Shown one piece after another: positions 24,201 through 37,124 of a DNA stretch of 64,000 nucleotides (positions are counted from its first letter, which is position 1; each line of letters begins with the position of its first letter). A program made the translations under genes and the position numbers. Source of the stretch: Pocillopora damicornis (Eukaryota); contig NW_020847687.1 of the NCBI RefSeq assembly GCF_003704095.1, positions 1 through 64,000 on the forward strand. The letters are read 5' to 3'. The notes under the pieces were generated by a model. That model searched no databases. It worked only from the letters and a program-made list of their open reading frames with translations, and had not been told where the DNA came from.

Positions 24201-27200
24201 TCAAGCCCAATATTTCTGGTAGAATCATACAAAAAAGAAAATGGAAGTCAATTTAAATGCCAAATTAAATAATGAAATAAAACTAATAATGCTTATCATA
24301 TCTCTTTATGAGGGCAGATACACTTGTTACAACCAAATTAATTATATATAAATTATTTTTAACCTTGTTTCAGTCTTTGTCAAAATAAAAAGAATGTGGA
24401 TTATCCTTTGGTTTATCAAAATATTATATTTTGCAAGATTTGGTAGAAATGGGTGTTCTTAATTCAAATTTACAGGACATCTAAGTTGCAGAAATAAGTC
24501 ATCAACTGAAAATGGTTCTAAACCCATATTAAAGACATTTGAAAAATTTGCAGAGAGATGAATCTTATGCATTGATGCCAATTTTTATTTAAAAAAAAAA
24601 AAAAAAAAGTAAAAGAAAAATGAATGGACAGGACTTTTCTTTGACTTTTATTTCTTGTGCTAATGGATTTTTTTTTTGCTCTCCAGATGAAGTTAGTGGT
24701 AGACAAGACAAAGTCTCAAGACGGGATGTTCTCAGTGCAGGTACATCTATTATCAGTTTATCCCTTAAACTCCAAGTAGTGATTAACATGTAACTTCTCC
24801 CTTTAATATCCATACATTATCCAACAAATAGGTAATGAGAATATTGAAAATATACAGATAAAAGTTGTTATCTGGATTTAAAACTAAATTCTCATCACTA
24901 ATTTATAAGGAAATGTTTAGAATCACAATCAGATCTTGTGAGTGAGAGGGTTAACATTTATGTTGACTAAGTTTTGCATTCAGTTACTTGAAAGAGTGAG
25001 AAAAAAGTGGGAACAGTCTACCTTTGATATTTTTAGGCAAGATTTAGAATGAGAAGCTCAAACCTTAGACTTTCTGTTAAAGATTTTTAAATTAAAGTAA
25101 CTGATTCCTGTTATTGTTCCCCCTTTCAGCCATGTTACTCAGTACCTATGTCTCAGAACATCCTAATCAACAGGATCAATTACACTGGCAGTCCTGCCTC
25201 AATGCAATAATCGCAGATAATCAAGGAAAAAACCAAGATCAGCCCAGACAAGATCTTTCACAGCTTGGTAAGAGTGTCATTTTTTTGGAGCATGTCATGT
25301 CAGTGTATGATCATGTTCCCATAACCAAAGAGGTTATTTTATTCCAGTTTCAGTGGGTGGTAGTCCACATGTCCTGATGATTCAACATGAACTAGAAGAT
25401 GTCTACAAGAAATGCAGAACTCGTCCACAGTTCTTTTCCCTGCGCTTGGCTGAGAGGCTATTTGGACTTGATGTAATGATGAAATCCACGCCTAATGGGA
25501 TTGGAGGAAAAGCAGCTCTAAACCCAACAATTTTGGATGCAATCAAAAGTAATTACTTATATCTTAACCCTCTATCTCCCAAAAGTGATTAACATGAAAC
25601 TTCTCCCCATAATATCCCATACATTATTCAGCAAACAGGTGATGATAATATTCAAACTTATCAGGTAGAAGCTGCTATCCTGATCTAGCACCAAGTTCTC
25701 ATAACTAATTTTCAAGGAAATGTGTAGGAGCTAGTGGGAAAAATTAAAAGAATTAACAATCAGATCTTGGGAGTTAAAGGGTTAAGTGAAGTAAAGTCTC
25801 AACAAACATTTGCATAAGCACACGACTAAAACTACAGCCTGGCCAGCTTGAAAAATCCTGTTTTTAATTAACCCCTAAAATCACAAGATCTGATTGTTGA
25901 TTCTCCCTTGTAGCTGCTACACAATTTTTTTGTCAATAAGTTATGAGAATTTGATGTTAGATCAAGGTAACAACTTCAACCTGATAATTTTGAGTATTCT
26001 CAGTACCTGTTTACTGGATATTGTATAGATATTATAGGGAGAGGTTACATGTTAATCACTTCTGGGAGTTAAAGAGTTATTAAGTAAAAGAGTAAATACC
26101 TTCATTGGACCCTCAGAAGAAGGCCTTAGGTTATTGCCAGTACTCAGTTTTGATAGACAGGGTGAAAGACAAATGAATACAAGGGGAGATTTGGTGTCAG
26201 ATCAAGATAACAACTTCTACCTAATAACTTTGAGTATTCTCATTACCTGTTTTCTGAACAATGTATGGATATTTTAGGGAGAAATTACATGCTAATCACC
26301 TCTGGTAGTTAAAGGGTCAATAAGACCAAATTATCTCATAGGGTTAAAGACAGACAGGCAGAAAGATGAACTGTTTAACTGATTGACTAATTGACAGATC
26401 ATTGGATCAAAACTAATCATCTAATTATAATAATACCCTCAGTTTTCTAACTTTGTTTGGATCAAATGTTTGAAAAAGAAGCAAATATCTGTAGGTACTG
26501 GTATATTACTCTTGAAGTTGTGAAAAATGTTAACTTGGTTTCTCTGTTTATCTCTTTTTAGCTGAAGTCCTTCAGAGGTTTGGTTCAGGAGTGTCTCCTG
26601 AACAACAGACTGAGATGTGGAAAGGCTGCATGACCAGTATTGCTCAGAGGTGCAAAAGACTCCGAAATCCACGGAGGAACAGGTCACCAATGGTCACAGT
26701 AATCAGTAATGACAATGAAGGGCCCCCTTCTATGGCAGTGGGCAACGAATTGTGTCTTAACATGGCTGGAAATCCTCAAACTGAGTCAGATGATGAAGAT
26801 GAGGAATTTGATATGGATAATTTGAATCATCCAAGTTCACATAAAACTCCAACTCTAGTCAGATTGTCATCTGACAGTGAACAAGAGGATTCACATGGCA
26901 GCATTCACAATGTTTCTTGTAGGAGTGGAAACATTAAGATTCACAACGTGAAACAATTGGAAGACTCTGGAAAGCAGATGAAGCCAGCTGTTAATTCAAG
27001 GGAAGAATCTGGGGATGAGGGAGCAGCTGTACATGTTCCTCCAGGCATCGACCCAGACATAACAGTTGTTCACTTGCCATCCACTCTGGAAACAGCATTA
27101 CAGCCTAAAGAATTAAACAAACAACTGGGCATAGCTCTCTCTCGAGCCAATGGAGCAGACACCTTTATCAGATTGAAAGAAAGTGAAAGTTCTGATGCTC

Positions 27201-30200
27201 ATCCCACACATATTCAGGAACCCTATATGCAGACAAGAGACACTGTGTCACCTGGGCATAATTTACCTGTTGCTTGCAAATATTCTGGAGACCGTCCACC
27301 TGTAGAAGGAAATATTTACAAGCCTGGTGGGACATCTGCTGAAAATATCATAGTGTCCGGCATTAAAATGACTCCAGACTGTAAGTTTATGTAAATTATA
27401 GGCCAATATTTTACAGTGAATGTACTATAACCACTTAAAATACTTAGAGTAACAGTACTGCTCAGGAATTTGAAACCCAAATAATTTGACTGGATTCAAC
27501 AGGGTTGGTATGGGTCCTGGAAAACCTGGAAAATCCTGGAATTTTATTTTGACATCTCCAGGACTGGAAAAAGACTGGGTACTGGAAAGTCCTGAAAATC
27601 TTCTTAACTCAAGGGATAGAGTTTTTAGAATTTTGCATGTCCAAAATGTATTTTAGACCATAAGGAGGATTGATTTTGAACTCTTGGGAATGAAAGGGTT
27701 GAAGGTGACCTGGAAAAATTAATCTGAGTCCAGGAAAGGTCCTTGAAATTTCTTCCTGAAAAAGGGTACAAACCCTGCACATGTGTGAGAGTATTGTGCA
27801 CATCCACCAAATGTATGCAAACTTGAACAATGTTTGCTCTTTGGCTTTGATTTAGCTGACTTTCTCTTTCCTAAAGATCTACATGTATTTTGCTGTGCAG
27901 CTATGTTATGTGGTGCTTTTATCCGTGAAGTTTCTTGCTTCATGGTTCAGACATTTTTGTGCAAAGGCAGCACTTAGAGCTGCAGTTCAATGTTTTCAGT
28001 TCAACCATCCACCTTTATTCTGTGCTCATTAATCTTTAAGAGACCTAAAATTTGACAATACGAATGGCTTGAGTGCAAATACTGTGTGTTGAAGGTTGTC
28101 CTTCTTTTTAGCTGTCATGGTTAACTGTCTGGTTCTGGATTGATGTTATCTTTTCCAAAATGCATAAGTTGAGTAGACAAGTAAGTTAGCAGCCTCAACA
28201 ATTGGCTGATGAGTTATTCCATTAACAAGAATTTATGTTTCTTGAACAACTGTGACAGGCCCTTTCATCATGATTTTGATCCAACTACAAAATGGTGTCA
28301 ATAAATCTTTTGTAACAGGCTGTGCTCTTGCTGAAACTTTCACAAGGTAGCATACTTGTTCAACGACATGTGCCAATGGCCAATCTGAAAGTACCAAAAT
28401 ACAGTCTTTTCTATTTCCCAGTAGATCATACTACAAGTATTATCCCCCACAAAAATATCCCAAAAGTTGTTCAGGAAGAGTTGAAAAGTCAAGGTCAACA
28501 TGCAGAGATTCTCCGAATAAAGGGTACGTGTCTAATCTCTTGCTTTAATTGTTATTTTATTTTATATTTTCATTGTGCACATCTGAATTTATGGCAGATG
28601 TACCGTAGACGTATTATTGGGTATTTGTTTTTTTTTTTAAAGTTATTTTCATTGTCCTTTTGAGATTGCAGTGCTTCCCTCTCAGAAGGATTGACTAATT
28701 GAGACTGTTTTTTATGTTAATTTCTTCTCTAGATGATTCTTCTAAATTGAGTCAAATAAAAGTAAAGTATATTTACCTGGAGGATTCTGGAAATGCCCGT
28801 CTTTTCATACAGCAAGACCAGGCCATGGAGACACCAGGTGAGGCAAACGCCACACCAGAAAAGCCCCATGTGCATTTGCAACAGCCATCTACTCAACCAG
28901 CACCTCAGGAATTAGCAAAAGATGATGATGCTACACTCCTTTTACTTCACTCACGGTCAGCATCAGAGCAAAACTTTGCAGTGCAATTGCTGCGTCATTT
29001 CTTTAAGCCACATGAACTTGATGGCCGAAATGTTAGAGGAGTTGGAGGAAAGCTTGCCTTAAATCCTGAAAAAATCAGTAAAATCAAAGGAATTGTATTT
29101 AGGTTTTTTCCATCCTCTCTTGCACAGCAAGAACTGTTGTGGCGTGATTGTCGAAGAGCAATTGACGCATATCTACGTAATAGAAAGCCCAGGACTTCTG
29201 TTGGGTCAAAGCTTTCTTCTTGAGCATTTTTTTAAGTTTGATTGTTTAATTTAAGCTATATTATCATTTAGTTCCCAATGCAATCTAGAAGTGAGCCTAG
29301 GAATTTTGTTAGGTCAAAGTTTTATTCTTAAGCATTTTATACAGTTTGTTTGTCTGTAAAAGTAATTTTCACTAAATCTTAATAAAAATTAAAGTTATCA
29401 TCATTTTGTGAGGTTATTTTCTTGCCATATTTCCTTAGTAAAATTTGATACAAGTTTGCCTCATAACTGAGGCAAACTTGTGGTTGCACCTTTTTTACAC
29501 TCTATCTGTTTGTTACTCTGACAAATGGCTAATGCTGGAAACATCTTTCAAAGTTCTTTACAGTGGCCAATTTACTTTGTCAATGCAGATGAAATGCCAA
29601 ATTTTCTTGTATTACCCCTACTGACGCAGAACCTAAGTTTCTGTAGAAACTTTCTTCCTTAATTCATTTATGCATCTTTTTGTCTTTCTGGTAGATGGTT
29701 ACTTCTTTAATTCATTGCCATATGGTAGCATCAACCTTTTTCTTTAAAACTAGATGCTAGCATTCACCTGCTACTCTGGTTTGTTTCTTATGAAAAGAGC
29801 AACTGATTGAGTTGTTAAGGGTAGTTTGTGTATGTCACCTGCTGTTGGTGACATACTATGGTACTTCATCATTGTTGTTTGGACTTGTCACTTAGAAATT
29901 GATGAATTTTTTATGAGGGCATCCCTTACTCAATATTAGTCTTATTAAAAAGTCAAAATACCAACAGCAAAAGGTCAGGCAAATTCCTTTTTTACGTAAT
30001 GAGTATAACCACAATGAACTGCCACCAGCATTATTTTGTGAAAATTTTCATTCTGGTTAACCAGTTTACCACACCCCAAGGAATGAAAAGTCTTATGTAT
30101 TGACTGTGTTTGTTTGGGTGACATGATTTGCAATTAACAAACATCTGAGCAGTGCTGTTACTGAAATAAACTAATATTCCTACAGTAATTATCATACAGC

Positions 30201-33200
30201 TATTGCAACTCAATAACAAGGCATTTGAGATTTTATAATGTCCTTGTTAGGGATTCTGTTTAGTAGACTGCTTACCTGGATTGAAGGGTGGCTTATTGAC
30301 AAAGGAGGTCATATGTGTAGCAGATGAATGAACAACATTGCATGCCATGTGCATAAAAACACATGAAACAAAGATTTTAGTTGATAAAATCCTACCATAA
30401 CCTGCAATTGTAATACCAATTATTTAACTCTACAGTATAATTGATGCTGCAGTTTAGGGATAAGGTGTGTAACAGAAATTTCAGGAGTTACTTCTAGATA
30501 GGGGAGGTTGACACTTGGGAAGAATCAATATTTTAATTGAGCTTGGTTCTGAGACTCGTACATATTTCACATGTGGTAATTTTTAACAAACACTGAATTT
30601 TATGGTAACTTAATTTTAAAAATCTTGAATGGTCAGTACTGTTGCTATGGTGTTGGGTATTGTAATTGTGATTTAAAAGGATGATGATAATAACTGTGAT
30701 GGGATGATTATGGTTGTCGTAGGGGTGGCAGTTGCAGTGGTAGTATTGATAATAATGGATAACATTTCTGAGTCTTCAATACTTAACCTTTCACACTCTA
30801 ACATCACTATGCATATTCTCCATACTGTCCTTTATACATTTCTTAAAGTGCAGACAAAGAGAATTTGTATAACAATCAAGGGCTTCTTTAGTTGTTGATT
30901 ATTTCCTTATACTATATTATTTATATAACCTTCATGTTTGATTCAGGGTGATTCTGTTGGGAGAAATTAGATGTTAATCACTCTTATGGGTTAATGGGTT
31001 AACTTGTCTTTTGTTTATTGATTTACATGTCAAATAGACTCCTATGTGCTGGTTGGAGGAAACCCAAATGTGGCTCTGCCACGTCAGAAGTATCTTGATT
31101 CACTCACAAGATCAGGGCAGCCAACACACTTTGCTGTCCGTCTGGCAGAGTTGACTTTTGGAGATGAGGTTCTTAGGGCATCAACAGTGACAGGAGCCAA
31201 ACCTGGCACTTTACAGTTAGATCCAGCAGTCATTGATGCCATTCAAAGTAGGTTAATGATGTTCACTTCTTAATGCTACAACAGGATATTAATTGAGCAT
31301 TCTTGAATAGTTTCCAAGTTCCCAAAAGATTATTGTATGGGGCTGCTTGATTCTCTCAAAAATTGTACATGTCGGTGATCCTTGACAATAAGGCTGGAAA
31401 GTTTATGACACCCTCTCAACCAATTGGATTTAAATCTTACACCAGTTGTTACTTCATCACTCCTGTTTTGATGTCCCTGAGACCAGGTATGAGTCTGTGT
31501 TTAAAGATACTAATTATTTTTTGATGGTTTTTAATTTTTTCATGCATTAGCTGAGGTGATCGACAGGTTTTTAAAAGACCTAAACAAAGAACAGCAAGCA
31601 GTAGTTTGGCGGAAGTGTGTCACAAGTATAGCCACAAGGTGTAAAACCCTTCGGTACAACAGATCCAAGGTGCAGATGGCACAAGGCGAACATCAGTGGA
31701 CAATTCATCCTAGCCATGTTACAGATGACAAACCACAGTAGACAAAGGAATGGCAACTTGTAGAACTGTTTTCCCTTAAGAAGCTACCAATACATGCAGT
31801 TTCTCAACTTTCAAAGAAAATTTCATTCTACTATCCTATGAAAATGATCATTACTTAGTGATATTTATTCATATCTAATAGCACTTTGTTCGTAACTTAC
31901 ACTTCATAAATTTCATTTGAGTTTTTGTTTGAAATAAATTAGGTGGTATTCTGTGAGTATTTTTTAGGGACATGGAAAATTTCCTAGCTGGTCAAACAAG
32001 GCAATCTGCTTAGTGGTAGGGAAGTTTGAGTGTGTTGTCAAAAATGGCAGTGTGGTAGCAGAAATAGCATAGATGTGAGCAATGAATGATATCTGGTTTG
32101 CATGGCAGGTTGTTGGTGAGCCTGTGTACTTGCTAATTTAAAAAAAAAATGAAAGCAAACTAATTTTCTTGGTATTGTGAATGTTTTTAGAGGGTTGAAG
32201 TGTGAGATGTGCATCAAACAGCAGATACAAAAATTATTTACTTTTTAATTATGAAATGAAGGCGTAGAAGTTTATGATGCTTACTTTCAAGAGAAAATAA
32301 TTTCATATCACAATTTTAAAGTCATAGAGTCTTAAAAAGAGGCTTTATTTAATTTTTTTTTTTTTTGAGTCTTTAGTTGTACCCATAGTGTCACCATTGT
32401 TATGGACAATAATTTTAATAGCTTAGCTCTTAAGAAATTATATATTAATCTGTGTTAAGTTGAGCAGTGTCCAATATAGGAGGGGACCTAAAGCTAATTC
32501 TAAGTTATTTGTTGACCCACTTCAAAATAATTATAATTTCAGATGAATGTGGCATAAGTTAAATTTCCTTTATAAGTAAGGAAGTAAATCTTAAATTGAA
32601 ACAAAGCTAACTTTCAGTGTCATTCTTTTTTCTGTATTGAATTAATATTAAGGTAGTATCTTTTGAACAGTTTTAGCTTACTACAAAATGACGAGATGAG
32701 AGGATTCATCAGAATGAGAGAATGTGAGGGATGATTTTGTCAATTTAATGTCAAATGAAGGTGTTTGGTTTTTTTCTCTTTTTTCACTGGAAAGGCAAAT
32801 CAGAATAGTTTTAGGTGGCTTATACTTTTGACTTTCAGGGGCCCCCAGGGCTCATTTAAGTTATTTGTAGCCTCTCTTTAAAAGAATTATAATTTCAGAT
32901 GACTGCTGCACAAGTTAATTTTTTTTTAAATAAGGAAGTAAATCTTGTAATAACAACAAAGCCAGCTTTTAATGTTATAATTTTTGCCTGTTTTGAAGCA
33001 ATAATAAGTATTCATTGAATAGCTATAGCCTACTCTATGCACATTCATTTTTCACATAATAAGGTGAGAGGATTCAACAGAATGAGAGAAAGTGAGGTGT
33101 CATTTTTTCAATTTCATTGTTTAAAAAAGGATTGGGTTTTTTTTGTTTGTTTTTCACTGGAAAGGCAAGTACAGTTTTGAGTTTGTGTTTGTTTGAATTG

Positions 33201-35998
33201 ATTATAAAGGGAGAAACATTTAGTCCCTGTGACGACCAGTTTCTTGTTCCAGTTCCTTTTATGATAGAAACTCGGAATAATCTCCTGCAACTATAAAAAC
33301 TAGAACTGGAAAAAGCTTCTGAATAAAGTACATGTTACTTAAATGCACTTTTAATAGATGTACAGGTCTTAAGAAACATTTGTTTTTGCACACACTGATG
33401 CAATAAAAAGACCAGTTTAATTTGTGAAGTTGGTAATAGCTGTCTGAAATTCATGCACTGAATGCTGCTGAAAAGTTTTTGATTATGTACTTCCTTACAA
33501 TTAGTTAACTTAACTTACCAAAACCAAGGAAGGAATGTGTGGGGGAAGCACAGGGGCACCCCACTCTTCCAATAAGATTTTTAATAACTAGGTAGTTTCC
33601 AAAGGAAAATTGGAGACCTAAACCCTATCCCCCCAAAACTTTGAACAAAATTAGGAAAAAAATTATTTACCTGATAAAGCACATCACAATTCAGCTACCC
33701 CTAGACAAGAGCCCCCCCCCTTTCCATATGATCAGCTTAAAAGGACTAAATTTTTGAACAATTTTTATGGTACTTAACTGTAGGAAGTACTGCATACTAA
33801 AGGAAATAAGCAGAAAAGGGTTGATGTAGGTTTTAATTAAGTGTCATCAAACTGGGCACAAATTGTACTTATCATGGCTGATCAGAATGAAATAAGACAT
33901 TGCAAGGAATCAGCAAGATGCTGATGTGTGTAAAAATATAGGTGACTAAGCAAGTTGTAATGGGTTTCAGCTACCCCTCAGATTGGTCAAGATTTTTCTT
34001 AAGGTTAACAGATAGAATATATATTCCTTTTGACTCTCAATTGAAACTTGCTCTGTTGCTGCATACCTTCTGAAGAAAATTAAGTTATGCTTAAAATGCC
34101 TGATATCCTTTTTTACATCCATACAGATTATGACAATTGCAGCCATGGAGCCAGTGCAACCTGGAGATGGTAAGAAAACATTTTGAAATGTCTTTAACCC
34201 TTTAACTCCCATGAGTGACCAAGAGAGTTTTTCTCGTTACAATATCAACACAATGTCAACTAGATAAGTGATGGGAATAAAGAAAAATATCAATTGGGGG
34301 ATAATTAGTTGATCCCATACTAAATTCTCTGAACTAACATTGAAAGAACTGTATGGTTGACAGTAAGGAGAATTACAAAATTTTATCTGGGAGTTAAAGG
34401 GTTAATGTATCTAGCCAGAGTTAAAGAAATTATGCATAAGAGATTTCAAAGACATTGCATCCTGAACTAGGAAATGAAAATTGTGAATGAGAAATCTCGA
34501 GTTCTTTTTCAAACCTTCCTCCAGAAGTTTTTGGCTCAGCCTTGAGACAAAGCACTTTTAAATTAATTTTCAAATTAACCAAATAGAGTCTAACTATTGT
34601 AAATCATTTGTTGAGTGACAAGTAAATAAATGTTTCTCTTAAGCTCAGGCATTAATTTTCTCATTTTGGTGTGCATGAAATGTATTTACCAAGACTATCT
34701 GTGAAACTGGATTAAATTCTGGGGAGGGGGTAGGGATAGGCTGTAATGAACTAGCACCCCATCCAGGGGCAATAGACATACTCCTTGTCACTATATGCTA
34801 TGGAAGGCAGGGTGTGCGCCAAGGATGTGCCACCTGATCTTAGAGTGGCCACAATTTCATTATTAAAAACATGTTGCATGATTTGATGCACAGGGGAGGC
34901 TTCATCACCAGATTACAGTCAGATATATACCTTGCTAAGTAGAGTGATGCGAGGTCAGCCACCTCCTGACCTCACCCCTCTTAGTAAGTAATGTTCTGAA
35001 TAAATATAATTTTAGGCCATATCTAAGGAATACCGGTACATCCCCAACCTTAGAAAAGTCTATCATGGAGAAATCTTATACATAGAGCTAGCTCCTCGGG
35101 TTGTGTTCTTTAATAAGGTTTTTTATTCATTCAGTTTTCTACTTCATCTAGGGCTGTTAATGAGAAAATGCCAAGGACACTCCTGACAAATTGTTGAGGA
35201 ATTATGTGTTATGGACTGACAGGCTATTGTGCTGTAAATACCCCCTATAATTTCACGGCGTTTCAGGCTTATTTTTAAGTACCCCACTCTTAGAACTAAA
35301 GACTTGCTCTGGGTTTTCATTTTTAGAGGAAGTTAGCACTTTTCTATCTTGCACTTTATCCTCATTTTTTGAGCAACAACAACACTTACATACTTTGAGC
35401 TCAACGTTTGTCCCAGAATTGAAAGAATTATTTGCTGCATACTAAGAAGTGCTTGAGATGTTTCTAAATCCATAGCTTTTGTGTTCAACTCATTTACTTT
35501 AAATTGTTGATTTTATTTTTATTTGTCTACATAACCTTGTAGCTCTCAATAACATTCTCATATGAACAACTTTTTCATTCACCATCACACACAGGATTCT
35601 GAACAAAGACTCGTTAATGTTTACATTCTTGACCCCAAATGTAAAACTCTAATCAATATAATGAGTCTTTTCCTTCTTTTTTCACTGCAGGTGCTCGAGT
35701 TATCTTGGACTTGATGGCAGACCTTGATCAACGTCTTGCAGGTCATGACATTAGTAGCCAAGTAAACTTTATCACTAACAAGTACAAAGAAGTGATGCAG
35801 AGTCAGGATACTGCCTTATCTTCAGAGCAGACACAAGTTCCTTCAGGTCAAGCTGAAGCAGCATGCAGCACCTCTGATCCAGGTGCAAGTAGTTCTGGCA
35901 AACCAAAGACACCACTGTCTTCTCTAAACCCCTTGAATGTTCCAGTAAAATTACTTAATCTGAAGAAATCAACTCCAGTTTCCAGCTCACAGTCATAA
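18221..35998 (+). CDS. SNAPC2: snRNA-activating protein complex subunit 2 (SNAP45)-like, Myb/SANT N-terminus
   Basis: Exons: 18221-18238, 19474-19601, 20426-20489, 20696-20735, 20833-20879, 20981-21046, then 34127-34169, 34894-34983, 35691-35998. Spliced product: [40 protein letters not shown] (Myb)...[13 protein letters not shown]...IPQ|IMTIAAMEP...[16 protein letters not shown]...SARVILDLM...[11 protein letters not shown]. This matches SNAPC2 motifs as I recall them (PIEVW, QVLTIAATEP, DFEKIYKYLS, SAVVLDLL, LNPFLVPLELL). Confidence 0.85.
20541..20592. repeat. 26-bp direct tandem duplication
   Basis: gatgaattgagctgctgattgacatt occurs twice in tandem. Confidence 0.9.
21969..29223 (+). CDS. 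Coiled-coil, low-complexity and two-BEN-domain coding unit inside the SNAPC2 intron
   Basis: Exons: 21969-22178, 22713-24135, 24687-24740, 25130-25267, ~25348-25548, 26562-27380, ~28422-28523, 28733-29223 (stop), all phase-consistent. BEN1: [12 protein letters not shown]...[17 protein letters not shown]|TEV...[17 protein letters not shown]2: [11 protein letters not shown]...[17 protein letters not shown]...[20 protein letters not shown] at 29381. Confidence 0.85.
25564..25785. mobile_element. piggyBac-type MITE (subfamily C)
   Basis: TTAACCC...GGGAGTTAAAGGGTTAA. Related copies near 24760, 25868, 26190, 19820 and 57150. Confidence 0.75.
27500..27777. mobile_element. Non-autonomous DNA transposon with CAGGGTT TIRs
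   Basis: cagggttggta ... tacaaaccctg, with internal cctggaaaa repeats. Confidence 0.65.
29516..29652 (+). repeat. Decayed short interspersed repeat with a hammerhead-like core (copy 1)
   Basis: Aligns by eye with 54405-54550 (ctctgacaaa..gctaatgc...gtggc.aattta...ctga.gcag..cc..agttt...tagaaa). Confidence 0.55.
31038..31741 (+). CDS. Alternative terminal BEN-domain module (exons 31038-31247 and 31551-31741)
   Basis: [23 protein letters not shown]...[11 protein letters not shown]|TEVIDRF...[17 protein letters not shown]. It has a phase-1 acceptor and no ATG of its own. Confidence 0.82.
32490..33170. repeat. Diverged ~370-bp tandem duplication downstream of the BEN3 stop
   Basis: aattataatttcagatga...taaggaagtaaatctt...gagaggattca.cagaatgagagaa...ttttcactggaaaggcaa occurs twice. 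Confidence 0.85.
34194..34405. mobile_element. piggyBac-type MITE (subfamily A, full length)
   Basis: TTAACCCTTTAACTCCC ... GGGAGTTAAAGGGTTAA. Confidence 0.85.
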
Positions 35999-36256
35999 TC
36001 AGTTGAAGTAAATATGTAAAAACTATGTAGCTTTTAAACTCTTCACACATTTTTGTCTATTATACTCTAAGGTTCTCAAACAACAATTATTTCTGACAAA
36101 TACTTTATGTTCTCTCCTTCAATACTCAATGAGTGATGTGGCATTTCAGTTCATGTAATTGTATTGAATCCATTTCTTTCAATTTGAAAGAAGCATTTGT
36201 TGTCTCATTAGTTCGACAATTTCATACACTCCATCCCTTTCTTGGTGGGGTGTTGT

Positions 36257-36757
36257 TTAAGCTAAGGAAGGATTACTTGAATAAAGATTTGATTTCTCAG
36301 CTTGTTCTAAGGCTTTCTGTAGGTTGGTATCAAATAGTTCACACCTGCAAGAAGAGAGACAGTAATACGTAAGCCTCTAGGTTACCCTAATCACAGTTTT
36401 TTTAAAAAATTGAGTTTTGTAGATACTTAATTTCGAGGGGAAGGCAATTGAATATTTTACACGCTTCATACTTACAAAGAGATCTTGTTTAATAAGAAAA
36501 GAAAACTTCAGAATGTGTGACAAGAGTAAGATGATACTTTTCCTGGAAAAAGGCTAATAAAAAATATAATTTTTTGGCCCTTATGCTAAGTTATGGTGCA
36601 ACACTGTCCATTCTTTACTGGCAATTGTACCTTATTGGCATGTCCAGTGAGTAGAATGGGTTCTTCAGGGCAAAGTCTGAATACAGCTCATAAATTTTTT
36701 TGAGGAAAATATCCATTCCAAGTTGTTTTGGGTCTGTTAATACAATGAACTTCAAGC
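36257..36757 (-). CDS. TRAPPC4: TRAPPC4, last two exons (36631-36757 and 36257-36344)
   Basis: [43 protein letters not shown]|[17 protein letters not shown]...*. Confidence 0.93.
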
Positions 36758-37124
36758 CTGTAGGGAGTTCACAGAGAATGAGTAATANNNNNNNNNNNNN
36801 NNNNNNNNNNNNNNNNNNNNNNNNNNNNNNNNNNNNNNNNNNNNNNNNNNNNNNNNNNNNNNNNNNNNNNNNNNNNNNNNNNNNNNNCTTATTACCAACA
36901 AAAAATCCTGATAGTCTATGGAATCATTGACATTTTCGATGCCCTAACCGTAAAAAAGTACGCTTCTGTCTCTACTATTTTGCCGCTGGTAAGCTTGTTT
37001 AATGTTGCCTAAGCAACGAACGATAATTTTTTTCAAATTTTTTGTTTCACCTCACATATCAAGACCTGGAATTTTTTCTTTAATTTTCTAAGACCAAGAG
37101 CTATTTTATTTACTTCTAATTTAC

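Noticed and set aside
33880-33960. Candidate for the SNAPC2 exon between SPLE and IMTIAA
   Set aside because: It contains stops; the real exon is 20981-21046.
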